From Nymphaea colorata (Eukaryota), in NCBI RefSeq assembly GCF_008831285.2, contig NC_045138.2, positions 35,960,001 to 36,024,000 of the forward strand: a DNA stretch of 64,000 nt, given 5' to 3'. Under the pieces are notes generated by a model. The model was not told the DNA's origin. It did no database searches and worked only from the letters and a program-made list of their open reading frames with translations. This document shows, piece after piece, positions 59,573 through 64,000 of the stretch. Position 1 is the stretch's first letter; every line of letters begins with the position of its first letter. The position numbers and the translations under genes are program-made.

Positions 59573-62500
59573 CTATTTAACACGAAAATCATGTCTGAAT
59601 ACAGTAAGATTCTGGGTGAATTTATCACGGTTCTTTGAATCCAAGCTTCTGGTGACATCGGCCATGAGCTTATCAAAACAAAGAGCGAGACGTTGCTGTT
59701 GGTCCGATGGCTGCATGTGAAAGAATGAAATATCATCAACTGAGTAAATCGTGTAACAACTTCCCCCATGGAGATGCTAAACATGAAATACAAACTAAAA
59801 TAATGAAAACTATGAGCAATCAGAAAATAAGACATGCTTCATCCTTATTTCATGGCCAATAAGAGCAGCACTACCCTAAACGAGGCACTTCTGACAAATT
59901 TACTAGGAAGGCAGAAGGGCCTAAAAAATAGGCATTAACAAATACAGACAGCCAAGGTTGTTTGACATGACCAATAAAAACAGCACCAGTATCTACACCA
60001 CTCTGTGCTGCAAACCTCAACAGCAATGAACATCCTCACAATTGACTCAATCAGTACGAGTCACAAGCAATGTCCCCTTAGCATGTTGAACATTGAAAAG
60101 TATAACTTGTTATGAACGGAACTTCAAAATCCAAATTACCCTTTAGAGGAAAGGACCATGGAAGAAAATCAACTGCAAATAACCATGAACTTTTCCAATG
60201 CAAAAGATTGGCTACACTAAAAAAAAGTGGGAAGGGCCAACTAACCTACAAAAGCAAGACAAGAAGGCAATTTGGTCTGACCTAAGTCAACTGCAGTCAT
60301 CCAAGATCCTAAAAAACTACTTTGCCCAAGTCGATTGACTCTCTCTGTATATATATATACACCTACTAGCCAAAGTAGTTAGCTGACTAGTTGGGATTTG
60401 ACGACTAAATGTGACTTTTCTGTTAACATGGTGCATGAGGAAAGGCTTTCAACTATAGGCCGCTTAACCATCAGAGTCAAATCTCACTCGGTCACATTAC
60501 ACAATCCACATGATAAAGTACATAAAAAGAAAGAACGACTAACCTGGGAGGCCAAAATATGTGCCTTCAAATCATTGAACATCTGCAAAAGAATCAATGA
60601 AAACTTAGCACACGGAAAGGACCATGAATGACTACTGACTTTTAGAAGTCTGAGTGTGAAAAGAACATAAGGCAACCACATTCGCACCATTTATGTTAAG
60701 ACATGCGAGCAAACTTGACAACCAGGAAATATGCAACATAATCTAATAAACCTATATGCTAACCTCCTGGAACAAATTAGATTGCACTCCAGGGCTTCAC
60801 ACAAACAGATAAACCTATATGTCAAAATATTTCTGCAACTACACTGATTGCAGCCCAAAGGCTTCAATTCTAGATGGATGCAACAGGATGGACAAGATGC
60901 CAATACGAACTAGACTTAGGGTTATTTGTACAACATAATTTGTTTATCATTTTTCCTTTCATTCTTTCACCAGTAAATAATTCGGAATTCCCCTGCTCAC
61001 TTTCAGCGAACAAACTTGTTTATCATCCACATCAACATCTTGAGCATATGAAAGACCGAGTTCTGGTCACATTTGCAACAAACTATTTTAGAATTTTACT
61101 GGTAAAATTACCTGTTCATTAACGAGAATTAAGCTGAGCATTGGCCTGCTCAGACTCCACTGGTGACTACATTCTTCAAAAAGAAGAATCTCAAATAGAG
61201 TTCTCAGCAACTGCATAATTACAACAAGCACATCATATCCACAAAATAATAGCAAAAGGAAAAAAACCAGAATTTCACATGAACCATAAATCAAACAATA
61301 AGATGTGACTGACTAGATATGTGGATAGAAATGCATATAGAAGCCTTTTGACAATTGGGCAAGAATAGAGAGCTGCTGAGCTGCAGGATCTAAGTGCACA
61401 AATTATACAAAATTCTATTGCATGAAAATGGTACATTCTGCAAGGGAATGGAAATACAAACAGGAACCTTAGTTATCTCTCAATTCAATATTGGATGGAC
61501 AGCTGCTTTGCTAAGCATATATTTTTCTGCCATTGTAATGGCACCTCTATCTTCTACATTTTCAGTTGGAAATGATAGGACAGATAGCTGCATTGCCTAA
61601 GCACATTTTTTTCCCTACAAGTCTTTTTACATTGTAATGGCACCTCTATCCTCTTCATTTTCAGTCGGAAATGAAGAAGAGGAAATTCAAACTGTTTGGA
61701 ACATAATTAGCAGTGGCAACAACTATATGCATCAGCATATGCTCAATCAGGAAAATCGATGAACTACTACTGACATATTTGATATTTAACATACCAACAG
61801 AATGCAATTAACATAAGCTAATTTTCAAAACACAGTATATGCAGAAACATGAAGCCGAATTTATTCCTCAAAAAAAACCAATACAAAATTTTAAGAAGGA
61901 AATGATGGGAAAAGTAGAGTACCTCTGGAAAAAGGGTAGGACATTCTGCAATATGTCGCGCAAGATTCACTGCAACAGGGGAAGTTGGTGCTTCACCAAC
62001 TGTTATATTATTGAAGTAGAAAGCTGCTAAACTGTCCACCGCAGAAGCACACTGACACAGCGTTCCAAGAAACCCCAAGAAATTGTTACATGCAATTAGT
62101 GTACAAACACTTTACATGAAATTAATGTACAAATATAGTTGACCCTTTCACATAAACAAAAGCTACAAATGATTTCCAAAAGATGATTTCCTACACAGAT
62201 CACTCAAATTTCTGCAATACATGAGGCATTGTCCACAATAAAAACACAAAAACCAAAAACTCTCCCTCTTCCATACACACACATATTTACACATGATTGA
62301 GAGAAAAAAAAATGAAACAACCTAATCTTTAAGGGACCCACCTGTGCAGAGATTCCAGCATCTAAACTCTTTAGACCAGATTCAAGCGATCCAGCTATGT
62401 GCATGAAGGTACTTGTATCTAGATTGATGATAACAGAGATATGGCCACTGAAGAGGATGTCCAAGAATGCATAGTAAGCTCGTGCAAGCTGGAGGGGAGA

Positions 62501-63609
62501 AAATAATTCCATATAAATGCATTTATTCCCATAATCATGTAACTAATTTCACTCAAGCTGCCTTACAATTCATAATATCACATATGGAACATCAATATAG
62601 TATGATCTATCAAGTGTCAATTATATCCAGCATGAGGAGACAGTAAAAGCACTGTAGAGAAATAAAGAAAGGGAGCAAACTGGGTAAGTAGTTATCTAGC
62701 AGGTACTTGAGCAAAAGACAAACAGTCAAAAGCAACAAGCCTGAGCTATGGCTCTCTTTAATATTTTCATGAGTTCATAGCCAAATGGTAATATCCTCTG
62801 GTCAGACTTCTCATTATAGGCATTTAGTTCTCTATGCGGTTCAAATGCCAAGCACAAAGACGTGATATACACTGAAAATGTGAAAATGGCTAAAGAAGGC
62901 TGACATATTTAGTTGCATCTCTATTTTTTTTTAATTAACAAAACCAGACAAGACTCAAAGATGCCACTGGAACTCAATACTGGTTCAAGGTAAAGGTACT
63001 ATTACCTTGACAAACTATGCTGTAAACTGAACCACAGAAAAAGATTTCGGGGAAATCAGCCAGGTTCATGAAGGACTGAAGGTACCTTAATGTCACAACT
63101 ATTAACAAGACTTGTACCTTAGGGAATGCTAGTATATCAGGAAGTGGAATTGATAGTGCCATCTTTAGAGCAATATCAAGAGCATCTGAGAGAGCTCTAT
63201 CACCATATAATTCAAAAACACCAAAATTGACATAGTTTCCTCCTAATGCTGCAAACAAAAAAATCAGAATCAACATACATTCATCGTAGGACAAAAGAAA
63301 GATTATGTAACAAACCTCACTCCATATCTAATGTTTAGAAAACAAAGAATGAAATATGAAGCCTTCACTGTGGAAGCCATTGTCAGTACCCCTTGTAAGA
63401 ATAGTCAAGCATATCCACATTCCCTTGTATCTGTTTGCATAAACATCGGTTGTGACAGGAAGGGTCAAAATCCTTGATCCATATGCCACAAGCAATTTGC
63501 TGACTTCTCGAAATAGAAGGATCCCATTAGGAGATGATGAATCAAAAGTGAGGCGCTGGGATTTATTTAATACAAATTCCGCCATGAACTTTAGCAATGG
63601 AGTTGTAAC
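59573..63609 (-). CDS. XPO7: Exportin-7 (RanBP16/17-like), 3' part; the gene continues beyond the window
   Basis: Exons 63390-63609, 63118-63248, 62342-62488, 61923-62051, 61112-61210, 60544-60582, 59573-59710. Motifs [37 protein letters not shown] and [17 protein letters not shown]. Confidence 0.95.
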
Positions 63610-64000
63610 CTGCAAATTTATGCAATGTCAGCAACACAATTTTTGGTAATTTCCAATCATGTTTGACATTAATAACAATTAGAACATAAAGAACTAACTG
63701 GCTTAGAGTTTTTTAAAATAGGAATTCAAATTAAGACACCTAATAGAGCTGCATCTGCCACTTCATCATCTCTGCTCTCTCTCATTCTTAAAATCAAGAT
63801 TTTCTGTTTCAAAGTTTGATAGTTGGAGTCCATATCTTTCTCAGGAACATCGACAATATCTTGATTGAATGTTTAAGCCTCTTTACCAATTTTTTCTTCT
63901 AGAATTATCATCATGGGGTTTTCGCCTCCTCCTGACCAAAAAACTTTACTCCATGGTTCCTTTTTTTTTTACTCCATGGTTCCTTTTTTTTTAATTGTAC

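Noticed and set aside
38052..63992. Other small intronic duplications (38052-38168, ~49762-49815, ~61530-61675, ~63946-63992)
   Set aside because: Ordinary local slippage or duplication with no sign of function.

Overview
Eukaryotic flowering-plant nuclear DNA; there is no prokaryotic or CRISPR content. The left part (1-24 kb) is a transposon-rich terpene-synthase (TPS) locus. It opens with a non-autonomous PIF/Harbinger-like element carrying a captured PPR gene fragment (1021-3479). A minus-strand TPS pseudogene follows, interrupted by two Ty1/Copia LTR elements (4327-9679 and 10466-14516, the second lacking RT/RNaseH) and missing its DDxxD exon. An orphan TPS last exon (~18140-18400) and an apparently intact TPS-g-type gene (19241-23511) complete the locus. 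The right part is ordinary housekeeping genes with exon chains that splice in frame: ALADIN nucleoporin (with a U12 AT-AC intron), CDP-diacylglycerol synthase (two GC-AG introns, an intronic tRNA-derived SINE, candidate uORFs), a UBC4/5/6-type E2 (intronic TRIM), a RINT1/MAG2-like tether and the 3' part of exportin-7. I found no wholly new biological system. The most notable observations are the PPR-carrying Pack-PIF element, the RT-less Copia and the TPS birth-and-death history. All family assignments come from my recognition of motifs, not from database searches.
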